Notes under the pieces: model-generated
Seen by the model: only the letters and a program-made list of their open reading frames with translations
What the model was told of the DNA's origin: nothing
The model's database searches: none
Origin: an uncultured Actinomycetes bacterium
Lineage (GTDB): Bacteria; Actinomycetota; Acidimicrobiia; IMCC26256; PALSA-555
DNA: 64,000 nt
NCBI GenBank assembly: GCA_937927875.1
Contig: CALEYV010000037.1
Span: 21,221-85,220, forward strand
Direction: 5' to 3'
Part shown: piece by piece, positions 23,355-31,811 of the stretch
How the letters are laid out: each line of letters opens with the position of its first letter
Numbering within the stretch: the first letter of the stretch is position 1
Program-made: the position numbers and the translations under genes

Positions 23355-24038
23355 ATGAGCGCGCGCGTCGCGGTCCTGGTGTTCCCGGGCACGAACTGCG
23401 AGCTCGACGTCGCGGCCGCCGCCGAGCGCCTCGGCGGTGCCTCCGACCTGGTGTTCCACACCGAGACCAGCTTGCGGGGCGCCGACGCGGTCGTGGTCCC
23501 GGGCGGCTTCGCGCACGGCGACTACCTGCGGACCGGCGCGCTGGCCCGGTTCTCGCCCGTGATGGCCGCGGTCGCCGAGCACGCGGCCGCCGGCGGGCCG
23601 CTGGTCGGCATCTGCAACGGCTTCCAGATCCTCACCGAGGCCGGGCTCCTGCCCGGCGCGCTCCAGAAGAACGCCGGGCTCAAGTTCCTCTGCCAGACGG
23701 TGACGTGCCGGGTCACGAGCACCGGCTCCGTGCTCACCAAGCAGGCCGAGTTGGGGTCCGAGCTGCGGCTCCCGATCAACCACTTCGAGGGCGCGTACAT
23801 CTGCGACCAGGCCACGCTCGACGAGCTGCGGGCCGAGGACCGGGTCGTGCTCCGCTACGCCGACAACCCCAACGGCAGCCTCGACGACATCGCCGGGATC
23901 GCCAACCAAGCCGGCAACGTGGTCGGGCTCATGCCCCACCCCGAGCGGGCCTCGGACCCGCTGCTCGGCTCCGACGACGGCGTCGTGCTGCTGGCGTCCC
24001 TGCTCGGCGCCGCCGCCGACCGGGCCGTCGCCGCGTGA
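23355..24038 (+). CDS. purQ: phosphoribosylformylglycinamidine synthase subunit PurQ (glutaminase)
   Basis: VAVLVFPGTNCE, the nucleophile elbow GICNGFQ and the C-terminal MPHPER are present. Confidence 0.93.
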   Translation: MSARVAVLVFPGTNCELDVAAAAERLGGASDLVFHTETSLRGADAVVVPGGFAHGDYLRTGALARFSPVMAAVAEHAAAGGPLVGICNGFQILTEAGLLPGALQKNAGLKFLCQTVTCRVTSTGSVLTKQAELGSELRLPINHFEGAYICDQATLDELRAEDRVVLRYADNPNGSLDDIAGIANQAGNVVGLMPHPERASDPLLGSDDGVVLLASLLGAAADRAVAA

Positions 24039-24041
24039 GGC

Positions 24042-24446
24042 TCAGCCGCCCCGGGTGATCCCGGCCCGGCCGAGCACGTCGGCCGGCACCCCCATCTCGC
24101 GCCAGGTCGCGTACGCGATTCCCTTGCGCTGCCCGTAGGTCTTCGCCACCTTCGCGAACTCCGCCTCCAGCGTCGGCAGGTCCGCGCCCGGCCCCGCCTT
24201 CGACTCCAGCTCCGATTCGAGGTCGCGCCGCTCCTGCAGCAGCTGGAGCCGCCGCAGCGACGCGGCCTCGGCCAGCTCGGTCTCGAGGGCGGCCAGCCGG
24301 GCCCGGATCGAGTCGGTGGTGCGGGGCCGGCCCCGGCGGGGCCGCTGGTCCTGGAGCGCGTCCAGGTAGGCCTTCACGACCCGCCCCTCGGCCCGCCCGG
24401 CCGCCATGGCCTCCTTGTGCGCGGTGGTCATCGGCTTCGGTGCCAT
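24042..24446 (-). CDS. hypothetical protein with AT-hook-like RRGRPR motif and coiled-coil
   Basis: A 134-aa ORF antisense to the surrounding pur genes, with QRPRRGRPRTT, a heptad-like acidic stretch and a C-terminal GIAYATWREMGVPADVL. Third codon positions are G/C-rich. Confidence 0.5.
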   Translation of the reverse strand: MAPKPMTTAHKEAMAAGRAEGRVVKAYLDALQDQRPRRGRPRTTDSIRARLAALETELAEAASLRRLQLLQERRDLESELESKAGPGADLPTLEAEFAKVAKTYGQRKGIAYATWREMGVPADVLGRAGITRGG

Positions 24447-24526
24447 TTGCCGTCCTCGTGCGATCGTATTTCCCCAATTCTGGCACCAGTCATTTGGTGA
24501 AATCGAACCGCCGGTAGTCTCGGATC

Positions 24527-26770
24527 GTGGTGAGCACGGAGCCGCTGCACCGAGCGCTCGGCCTCACCGACCCCGAGCTGGCCGACATCGTCGAGCTGCT
24601 GGGACGGGACCCGTCGGACCTCGAGCTCGCCATGTACGGCGTGATGTGGTCCGAGCACTGCTCCTACAAGTCCTCGAAGGTCCACCTGCGCCGCCTCCCG
24701 ACCGAGGCGCCCTGGGTGCTCGTCGGCCCCGGTGAGGGCGCGGGCGTCATCGACGCCGGCGACGGGCTGGCGGTCGCGCTGCGGATCGAGAGCCACAACC
24801 ACCCGTCGGCCGTCGAGCCCTACCAGGGGGCGGCGACCGGGGTGGGCGGCATCATCCGCGACGTGTTCTCGATGGGCGCGCGCCCGATCGCGCTCATGGA
24901 CCCGCTGTTCTTCGGGCCGCTCGACGATCCTCGCAGCCGCTACCTGTTCGAGCACGTCGTCGCCGGCATCAGCGGCTACGGCAACTCGGTCGGCGTGCCG
25001 ACGGTCGGCGGCCAGGTCGTCGTCGGCGACTGCTACCGCGACAACCCGCTCGTGAACGTCCTCTGCCTCGGGCTGGCGTCCCAGCACCAGCTCGTGCGCG
25101 CCCGCGCCGGGAAGGCGGGGAACCTCGCCGTCCTCCTCGGGTCGTCGACCGGCCGCGACGGCATCGGCGGCGCGAGCGTCCTGGCATCGGCTGGCTTCGA
25201 GGAGGGCTCGGAGGCGAAGCGGCCGTCGGTGCAGGTCGGCGACCCGTTCGAGGAGAAGCGGCTCATCGAGGCCTGCCTCACGCTGCTCGCCGACGGCCTC
25301 GCGGTCGGCGTGCAGGACCTCGGCGCCGGCGGGCTGTCCTGCGCCGCGTCCGAGATCGCGGCCAACAGCGGCCTCGGCATGGACGTCGACGTGGCGCGCG
25401 TCCCGCGCCGCGAGCCGCACATGACGTCGATCGAGGTCATGACGTCGGAGAGCCAGGAGCGCATGCTCGCCATCGTCGAGCCCGAGCGGCTCGACGCCGT
25501 GCTCTCCATCTGCGAGCGCTGGGACCTCCGCGGCGCCGTGGTGGGCGTCGTGACCGGCACCGGCCGCTTCCGCGTCCTCGACGGCGGGTTCGACGCGCCG
25601 GCCGGCGCGGCCGCGCCGGACGTGCTGGCCGACGTCCCCGCCGGCAGCCTCGGTGACGGGCCCGTCTACACCCGGCCCGCCCAGCGCCCCGCCGAGCAGG
25701 ACGCGCTCGCGGCCGCCGACCCGGCCTACGAGCTGGGGGCGACGTTCCCGGTCGGGTCCGACCTCGGGCCGGAGCTGCTGGCCCTGCTCTCGACGCCGAC
25801 CATCGCCGACAAGCGCTGGGTGTGGGAGCAGTACGACCACCAGCTGTTCCTGAACACGGTCGTCGGCCCGGGCGGCGACGCCACCGTCCTCCGGCTGCCG
25901 GGCACGAGCCGCGGCCTGGCGCTGGCGACCGACGGCCACCCCCGGTTCGGGCGCCTGGACCCGCGCGCCGGCGGCCGGCTGGTGGTGCTCGAGGCGGCGC
26001 GCAACGTCGCCTGCACGGGGGCGCAGGCCCGGGCGCTCGTCAACTGCCTCAACTTCGGGAACCCGGAGCACGCGGCCGTGATGTGGCAGTTCCACGAGAC
26101 GGTGGAGGGGATGAGCGAGGCGTGCGAGGCGCTGTCCATCCCGGTCATCGGCGGCAACGTCAGCTTCTACAACGAGTCCCGCGGCGCCGACATCGACCCG
26201 ACGCCGGTCGTCGGCGTCCTCGGGCTCCTCGACCGGCTCGAGCAGGCCCCGGTCGGCGCCGGCCTCGCGCCGGGCCACGAGCTGGTGCTGCTCGGGACGA
26301 CGCGGACCGAGCTCGGCGGCTCGGAGTGGGCGGCGACCGTGCACGGGCTCGACGGCGGCCGGCCGCCGGCCGCCGACCTCGACGCGGCCCGGCGGCTGCA
26401 CGAGCTGGTGCGAGCGCTCGTCGCCGAGCGGGTGGTTGCCGCCGTCCACGACTGCGCCGACGGTGGCGTCGCGGTCACGCTCGCCGAGATGGCGATCGGC
26501 GGCGGCTGTGGCGCGGTCGTGGCCCCCGAGCCGGGGCTGACGCCGGCCGCCTGGTGCTTCTCGGAGTCGACGTCGCGCGTCGTCGTCGCCGTCGACCCGG
26601 CCCAGCTCGACGCGGTCCGGGCCCGCGCCGCGGCCGCCGACGTGCCGGCGACGGTCATCGGCCGCACGGGAGGATCCCGCCTCGTCGTCGAGGGCGCGCT
26701 CGACGTGGCGGTCGACGACGCCGCCGACGCCTGGCGCCGCGGCCTGCCCGGCCTGGTCGAGACGCGATGA
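24527..26770 (+). CDS. purL: phosphoribosylformylglycinamidine synthase subunit PurL
   Basis: MWSEHCSYKSS, ESHNHPS and duplicated AIRS-like domains; 747 aa. Confidence 0.95.
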   Translation: MVSTEPLHRALGLTDPELADIVELLGRDPSDLELAMYGVMWSEHCSYKSSKVHLRRLPTEAPWVLVGPGEGAGVIDAGDGLAVALRIESHNHPSAVEPYQGAATGVGGIIRDVFSMGARPIALMDPLFFGPLDDPRSRYLFEHVVAGISGYGNSVGVPTVGGQVVVGDCYRDNPLVNVLCLGLASQHQLVRARAGKAGNLAVLLGSSTGRDGIGGASVLASAGFEEGSEAKRPSVQVGDPFEEKRLIEACLTLLADGLAVGVQDLGAGGLSCAASEIAANSGLGMDVDVARVPRREPHMTSIEVMTSESQERMLAIVEPERLDAVLSICERWDLRGAVVGVVTGTGRFRVLDGGFDAPAGAAAPDVLADVPAGSLGDGPVYTRPAQRPAEQDALAAADPAYELGATFPVGSDLGPELLALLSTPTIADKRWVWEQYDHQLFLNTVVGPGGDATVLRLPGTSRGLALATDGHPRFGRLDPRAGGRLVVLEAARNVACTGAQARALVNCLNFGNPEHAAVMWQFHETVEGMSEACEALSIPVIGGNVSFYNESRGADIDPTPVVGVLGLLDRLEQAPVGAGLAPGHELVLLGTTRTELGGSEWAATVHGLDGGRPPAADLDAARRLHELVRALVAERVVAAVHDCADGGVAVTLAEMAIGGGCGAVVAPEPGLTPAAWCFSESTSRVVVAVDPAQLDAVRARAAAADVPATVIGRTGGSRLVVEGALDVAVDDAADAWRRGLPGLVETR

Positions 26771-26849
26771 CCGAGCCGTCCCGAACGCGGCGAACGCGCC
26801 GCTGCGCACGGCCGGGATCGGCGCGACCCCGTGGGATACTGGAGCTGCG

Positions 26850-28358
26850 ATGAGCTCCCGGTCGCCGGCATCCGGCCTCAGCCACGCGTGCGGTGTCTTC
26901 GGCGTCTACGCGCCGGGGCAGGCCGTGTCACAGCTGACCTACCTCGGCCTCTACGCGCTGCAGCACCGGGGCCAGGAGTCGGCCGGCATCGCGGTCAGCG
27001 ACGGCGAGACGATCACGGTCGTGAAAGACATGGGCCTCGTGACCCAGGTCTTCGACGAGCGCCGCCTCGCCCCGCTCGAAGGCCACCTGGCCATCGGCCA
27101 CAACCGCTACTCGACGACCGGGTCGAGCACCTGGCGCAACGCCCAGCCGGTGTACCGGTCGGTCGCCGACGCCGGCTTCGCGCTCGGCCACAACGGGAAC
27201 CTCACCAACACCAAGGCGCTCGCGGAGCGGCTCGGCATGCTCCCCGGCATGACGGCGCCCGCGGCCGAGGTCGACTCGACGACCGACTCCGCGCTCATCG
27301 CGGAGCTGATCGCCGAGGAGTACCCGGCCGAGCCCCGCTCCGACGGGCGCGACCTCGAGCTGGCGCTCGAGCGGGTGCTGCCCCGCCTCGAGGGCGGGTT
27401 CTCGCTCGTGCTGATGGACGAGGCCCACCTCGTCGCGGTCCGGGACCGGCACGGCTTCTGGCCCCTCGTCCTCGGTCGGGTCGAGGGCGGGTGGGTGGTC
27501 GCCAGCGAGACCGCCGCCCTCGACATCATCGGCGCCCATGTCGTGCGCGAGGTCGAGCCGGGCGAGATGCTCGTCATCGACGCCTCCGGCGTGCGGGAGT
27601 ACCGCTTCGCCGAGCCGACGCCGCACCTGTGCCTGTTCGAGTTCGTCTACTTCGCGCGCCCGGACAGCTACCTCTACGGTCACAACATCCACGCCGCGCG
27701 GCGGCGGATGGGCGAGGAGCTGGCCCGGCAGGCGCCGGTCGACGCCGACATGGTGATGCCGGTGCCCGAGTCCGGGGTCCCGGCCGCGCAGGGCTACGCG
27801 CGTGCGTCCGGCATCCCGTACGGCGACGGCCTGGTCAAGAACCGCTACGTCGGCCGTACGTTCATCGAGCCGACCCAGCGCCTGCGCTCCGGCGGGGTGC
27901 GCCTGAAGCTGAACCCGCTGCGGGAGGCGATCAACGGCAAGCGCCTGGTCGTCGTCGAGGACTCGATCGTGCGCGGCACGACGACCCGCCAGGTCGTCGC
28001 CATGCTGCGCGAGGCGGGCGCGGCCGAGGTCCACTTCCGGGTCTCGTCCCCGCCCTACAAGTGGCCCTGCCACTACGGGATGGACACCGGCCGGCGCTCC
28101 GAGCTCCTCGCGGCCGACCTCTCGGTCGGGGAGATCGCCGACTACCTGAAGGTCGACTCCCTCGCCTACCTCGAGCTCGACCGGCTCACCCGCGCCACCG
28201 GCGCGCCGGCGGACGCCTTCTGCACCGCCTGCCTGTCCGGGAGCTACCCGGTGCCGGTCCCGGAGACGAAGGGCGACTCGAAGCGGGTGCTCGAGCCGGC
28301 CGGCTGGGGATCCGACGAGGAGCCGTCCCTGCCGGTCGGCCCCCCGCCGTCGGCGTGA
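26850..28358 (+). CDS. purF: amidophosphoribosyltransferase
   Basis: Ntn nucleophile context HACGVFGV, PRTase motif VVVVEDSIVRGTT, and C-terminal Cys ligands (CHYGMD, CTAC). Confidence 0.95.
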   Translation: MSSRSPASGLSHACGVFGVYAPGQAVSQLTYLGLYALQHRGQESAGIAVSDGETITVVKDMGLVTQVFDERRLAPLEGHLAIGHNRYSTTGSSTWRNAQPVYRSVADAGFALGHNGNLTNTKALAERLGMLPGMTAPAAEVDSTTDSALIAELIAEEYPAEPRSDGRDLELALERVLPRLEGGFSLVLMDEAHLVAVRDRHGFWPLVLGRVEGGWVVASETAALDIIGAHVVREVEPGEMLVIDASGVREYRFAEPTPHLCLFEFVYFARPDSYLYGHNIHAARRRMGEELARQAPVDADMVMPVPESGVPAAQGYARASGIPYGDGLVKNRYVGRTFIEPTQRLRSGGVRLKLNPLREAINGKRLVVVEDSIVRGTTTRQVVAMLREAGAAEVHFRVSSPPYKWPCHYGMDTGRRSELLAADLSVGEIADYLKVDSLAYLELDRLTRATGAPADAFCTACLSGSYPVPVPETKGDSKRVLEPAGWGSDEEPSLPVGPPPSA

Positions 28359-29416
28359 CCCCGCGCCGCGCCGGAGCCGACCGCCTCACCTACGCCGACG
28401 CCGGCGTCGACGTCGAGGCCGGCGAGCAGGCCGTCGAGCTGATCAAGGAGCACGTTCGCTCCACGTTCCGGCCCGGCGCGCTCGGTGACCTCGGCGGGTT
28501 CGGCGGCCTCTTCGACATCGGCAAGCTCCCCTACAAGGACCCGCTGCTCGTCTCCTCGACCGACGGCGTCGGCACGAAGGCGGTGCTGGCGCGTCAGCTG
28601 GAGCGCTACGGCACCATCGGGATCGACTGCGTCGCCATGTCGGTCGACGACATCGCGGCCCACGGCGCCGAGCCCCTCTTCTTCCTCGACTACATCGCGA
28701 TCGGGGAGCTGGTGCCGGAGCAGGTCGAGGACCTCGTGGCCGGCGTCGCGCGCGGCTGCCGCGAGGCCGGCTGCGCGCTCGTCGGCGGCGAGATGGCCGA
28801 GCACCCCGGCGTGCTCGAGCCCGGCGAGTTCGACCTGGTCGGGTTCGCGGTCGGCGTCGTCGAGCGCTCGAAGCTGCTCCCGGCCGGGGTCGAGCCCGGC
28901 GACCGCGTCCTCGGGCTCGCCAGCCCGGGCCTGCGCTGCAACGGCTACTCCCTCGCCCGCCGGGCGGTGGCCCAAAGCGGGCGGGCCCTCGAGCAGCCGG
29001 CCTGGCGCGGGGCCCGGCACTCGCTCGGTGCCGAGCTGCTGCGCCCGAGCGTCATCTACGCCCCTGCCCTCCTCGAGCTCCGCCGGCGGGTCGACGTCCA
29101 CGCCCTGTGCCACGTCACCGGCGGCGGAATCCCCGGCAACCTGGTGCGGGTGCTGCCGTCGAAGTGCGACGCCGTGATCGACCGGGGCGCCTGGGAGCAG
29201 CCCCGGATCTTCTCGGTCATCCAGGCCGCCGGCGACATCGCCGACGACGAGATGACCCACGTCTTCAACCTCGGTCTCGGCATGCTGGCTTTGGTGGCCG
29301 CCGAGGACGCCCCTCGGGCCCTCGACGCGCTGCGGGCGGCCGGCCACGAGGCATGGGTGGTGGGGGAAATCACGAATGGGCGCGGACGTGTCATGTTTTC
29401 GGACCGTTCGGGGTAA
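28355..29416 (+). CDS. purM: phosphoribosylformylglycinamidine cyclo-ligase
   Basis: GTG 28355 overlaps the purF stop (GTGA). YADAGVDV and STDGVGTK are present. Only the last 353 codons of the 861-aa track ORF are used. Confidence 0.93.
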   Translation: MTPRRAGADRLTYADAGVDVEAGEQAVELIKEHVRSTFRPGALGDLGGFGGLFDIGKLPYKDPLLVSSTDGVGTKAVLARQLERYGTIGIDCVAMSVDDIAAHGAEPLFFLDYIAIGELVPEQVEDLVAGVARGCREAGCALVGGEMAEHPGVLEPGEFDLVGFAVGVVERSKLLPAGVEPGDRVLGLASPGLRCNGYSLARRAVAQSGRALEQPAWRGARHSLGAELLRPSVIYAPALLELRRRVDVHALCHVTGGGIPGNLVRVLPSKCDAVIDRGAWEQPRIFSVIQAAGDIADDEMTHVFNLGLGMLALVAAEDAPRALDALRAAGHEAWVVGEITNGRGRVMFSDRSG

Positions 29417-29495
29417 CCTCCGCGGGCAGGGCACTGGGGCAATCTGGACAGATCGGACCGGCAAACCGTCGGTCACCGAGCAGAGCGGCGTGCTG

Positions 29496-29711
29496 ATGGA
29501 ACCCAGGCCCGACGGCAAGCACCCTGACCAGGAAGAGCTCCTGACGCCGTCCGAGGTCGCGGCCATGTTCCGGGTCAACCCGAAAACGGTGACCCGCTGG
29601 GCCCGCTCCGGGAAGATCTCCGCCATCCGCACCCTGGGCGGGCACCGCCGCTTCCGCAAGAGCGAGATCACCCGCATCCTTGCCGAGGGCGGGGAGGCCA
29701 CCGGCCCCTGA
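29496..29711 (+). CDS. bldC: BldC-family small MerR-like/excisionase-type DNA-binding protein
   Basis: LLTPSEVAAMFRVNPKTVTRWARSGKISAIRTLGGHRRFRKSEI closely follows the Streptomyces BldC sequence as I remember it. 71 aa; an alternative GTG lies at 29490. Confidence 0.85.
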   Translation: MEPRPDGKHPDQEELLTPSEVAAMFRVNPKTVTRWARSGKISAIRTLGGHRRFRKSEITRILAEGGEATGP

Positions 29712-29756
29712 CCGGCTCGACGCGAAACGCCGGGTAGGGACCGAGGCGCTCGCGAT

Positions 29757-29832
29757 TGGTGGCCGGGGCCGGCGTCGATCCGGCGACCCCGCGCTTTTCA
29801 GGCGCGTGCTCTGCCAACTGAGCTACCCGGCC
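29757..29832 (-). tRNA. tRNA-Phe (anticodon GAA), CCA encoded
   Basis: The reverse complement is GGCCGGGTAGCTCAGTTGGCAGAGCACGCGCCTGAAAAGCGCGGGGTCGCCGGATCGACGCCGGCCCCGGCCACCA. All four stems pair and the anticodon loop is CTGAAAA. The T-loop is ATCGACG, which has A rather than T at position 54. Confidence 0.9.
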
Positions 29833-29862
29833 GTGCCGACGCCGGCGGGCCGACGTCGGCGG

Positions 29863-29937
29863 CGGTCCTGACGGGATTTGAACCCGCGGCCTCCGCCTTG
29901 ACAGGGCGGCGTGCACTCCAAACTGCACCACAGGACC
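29863..29937 (-). tRNA. tRNA-Asp (anticodon GTC)
   Basis: The reverse complement is GGTCCTGTGGTGCAGTTTGGAGTGCACGCCGCCCTGTCAAGGCGGAGGCCGCGGGTTCAAATCCCGTCAGGACCG. The anticodon loop is CTGTCAA. Confidence 0.9.
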
Positions 29938-29965
29938 AAAGGGGGTGGCGGGCCCACGCCGCCCG

Positions 29966-30038
29966 TGCCCCCAGGGGAATTCGAATCCCCGTTACCGCCT
30001 TGAAAGGGCGGCGTCCTGGGCCACTAGACGATGGGGGC
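29966..30038 (-). tRNA. tRNA-Glu (anticodon TTC)
   Basis: The reverse complement is GCCCCCATCGTCTAGTGGCCCAGGACGCCGCCCTTTCAAGGCGGTAACGGGGATTCGAATTCCCCTGGGGGCA. The anticodon loop is CTTTCAA. Confidence 0.9.
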
Positions 30039-30231
30039 TCGACTCCTCCAGAAGCGACCGCGAACTGTAGCCTTCGCGGACTGGCCGGGGATGAGCGCGT
30101 CGGACGCGACGCGCGCTACCGCGCGCAACCGCGAGTGGCTTCTCGCTCGCGCGACGGACCGTCAGTACGCTGGCCGGCGCACGAGCGCACGAGCCCGCGC
30201 TTGCACGTACGTCGCGCTCCGTCCCAGCCGA

Positions 30232-30304
30232 GGGTCGCTAGCTCAACTGGCAGAGCAACGGGCTTTTAACCCGGTGGTTCAGGGTTCGAGTCCCTGGCGG
30301 CCCA
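30232..30304 (+). tRNA. tRNA-Lys (anticodon TTT)
   Basis: GGGTCGCTAGCTCAACTGGCAGAGCAACGGGCTTTTAACCCGGTGGTTCAGGGTTCGAGTCCCTGGCGGCCCA. The anticodon loop is CTTTTAA. There is one A-G mismatch at the top of the anticodon stem and one G-U pair in the acceptor stem. Confidence 0.88.
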
Positions 30305-30313
30305 CGATTCCTT

Positions 30314-30350
30314 CAATCTGGAACCAGCAGTAAACGAGCAATCTGGAACC
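30314..30350. repeat. 12-bp direct repeat CAATCTGGAACC x2 (25-nt period) just 3' of tRNA-Lys
   Basis: Exact copies lie at 30314-30325 and 30339-30350, in a locally AT-richer stretch. Confidence 0.6.
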
Positions 30351-30429
30351 GACGGCTGGCGGCGTCACGCGCGCAAGCCTGACACGGTGCCAGCCCCACT
30401 TCCATCGCCGCCCACGACAAGGAGCCGCG

Positions 30430-30912
30430 GTGCTCGTCATCTCGACCGGTGATTTCCTCTGGTACGTCGACCAGGCACTCGACGGCATGGTCGCGGCCGT
30501 GCGCGAGCTCGGGGACGAGCGGGCGAGCACGCGTCCGGACCTGCCGGGCGCCAACTCGCCGTACGCGATCCTCACCCATTGTCTCGGGGTGATGGAGTTC
30601 TGGGGCGGCGCGGTGATCGCGGGGCGGCGCGTCACTCGCGACCGCGACGCCGAGTTCCGGGCTAAGGGTCGCGTCGCCCACCTCGTGCAGCGGGTGGGCG
30701 ACGCTCGTCGCCGGCTCGAGGCTGACCTCGCGTCGCTCGAAGCCTCGGCGCCGATCCGGGCCCGCGTCCTGCCCGAGGACATGGACACCCCGATGGGTCG
30801 GAGCCAGGGCGGCGCGCTCGTGCATCTTTACGAGGAGCTCGCCCAGCACCTCGGCCAGGTCGAGCTGACCCGCGACGTGCTCGTCGCGGCGTCAGCGCCG
30901 GGCGGCGTCTGA
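30430..30912 (+). CDS. DinB-family (DinB_2 / mycothiol-dependent enzyme N-domain-like) protein
   Basis: GTG 30430 follows AAGGAG. The four-helix pattern includes [15 protein letters not shown] and ..[18 protein letters not shown], giving the spaced His residues typical of DinB folds. Confidence 0.7.
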   Translation: MLVISTGDFLWYVDQALDGMVAAVRELGDERASTRPDLPGANSPYAILTHCLGVMEFWGGAVIAGRRVTRDRDAEFRAKGRVAHLVQRVGDARRRLEADLASLEASAPIRARVLPEDMDTPMGRSQGGALVHLYEELAQHLGQVELTRDVLVAASAPGGV

Positions 30913-30927
30913 GCCCGCGCGGGGTCG

Positions 30928-31578
30928 TCAGTCGGCGGCGGCCAGCCCAGTGGGGCAGGCGACGCCGGTGCCGCCGAGCCCGCAGTACCCGGACGGGTTC
31001 TTGGCCAGGTACTGCTGGTGGTACTCCTCGGCGTAGAAGAACTCGCCCGCCTTCGAGACCTCGGTCGTGATCTCGCCGTGCCCGGCCTCCCGCAGCGCCG
31101 CCTGGTACCGGTCACGCGACGCCTCGGCCTCCGCCCGCTGGGCGTCGTCGGCGTAGAAGATCGCCGAGCGGTACTGGGTCCCGACGTCGTTGCCCTGCCG
31201 CATCCCCTGCGTCGGGTCGTGGTGCTCCCAGAACGTCTGCAGCAGCCCGTTGAACGAGATGACCCGGGGGTCGAAGACGACCAGGACCGCCTCCGCGTGG
31301 CCGGTGCGACCGGAGCACACCTCTTCGTAGGTCGGGTTCGGCGTGAAGCCGCCGGCGTAGCCGACCGCGGTCGTGTACACGCCGGTCAGCTGCCAGAAAT
31401 CCTTCTCGGCGCCCCAGAAGCAGCCCAGCGCGAACTGGGCGCACACCAGCCCCTCCGGGAACGGGGGCTTCAGGGGCGTCCCGAGCACGAAGTGGCGCTC
31501 GGGGACCGGCATCGGCTCGGCCCGGCCCGGCAGGGCCCGGTCCGGCTCGACCATCTTGGTGTGGGCGCCGAAGATCAT
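30928..31578 (-). CDS. msrA: peptide-methionine (S)-S-oxide reductase
   Basis: ATG at 31578 is preceded by GGAGG. The active site [11 protein letters not shown] and [13 protein letters not shown] are present. The longer 257-aa track ORF start is rejected. Confidence 0.92.
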   Translation of the reverse strand: MIFGAHTKMVEPDRALPGRAEPMPVPERHFVLGTPLKPPFPEGLVCAQFALGCFWGAEKDFWQLTGVYTTAVGYAGGFTPNPTYEEVCSGRTGHAEAVLVVFDPRVISFNGLLQTFWEHHDPTQGMRQGNDVGTQYRSAIFYADDAQRAEAEASRDRYQAALREAGHGEITTEVSKAGEFFYAEEYHQQYLAKNPSGYCGLGGTGVACPTGLAAAD

Positions 31579-31811
31579 CGCGTTCCTCCGTCCTCGGGAG
31601 CCCCCCGACGTTACGGCGCCGACGACGCGGTTTTCCGCCCGCGTCGCCGGCCGTTCACGCCCTCGTCGCTCGGGCGCTACCCGGGCCGGGCAGGATCGCA
31701 AGTACCAGCGCGGCGCCCGAAGCGCGGCCGGTTGTCTCCCCCGTACCGGCCGCCCGGGCGTCGCCTCGGCTTCGGCCCCGTGCGCAGCTCGCCGGGGCGT
31801 CGCGGGGCGTC

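Noticed and set aside
26831-28354. The upstream 508 codons of the 861-aa track ORF that ends as purM. The same applies to the upstream parts of ORFs 21104-23038 (purC), 31373-33475 (DUF35), 33662-35569 (amidohydrolase), 35038-36375 (crotonase) and 44786-46393 (SDR).
   Set aside because: The recognisable protein begins at an internal ATG/GTG that overlaps the stop of the preceding gene. The upstream extension is an alternative frame of that preceding, well-supported gene.
30039-30231. The 193-nt spacer between the divergently oriented tRNA-Glu and tRNA-Lys, checked for an additional tRNA or small RNA.
   Set aside because: I could not fold a cloverleaf or find a conserved RNA motif. It is most simply the divergent promoter region of the two tRNA transcription units.
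30305-31578. A possible genomic island inserted at tRNA-Lys (DinB-family gene and msrA downstream).
   Set aside because: The downstream genes are ordinary housekeeping-type genes with native-looking composition, and no integrase or flanking repeat of the tRNA 3' end is visible. Only the short 12-bp repeat is reported.
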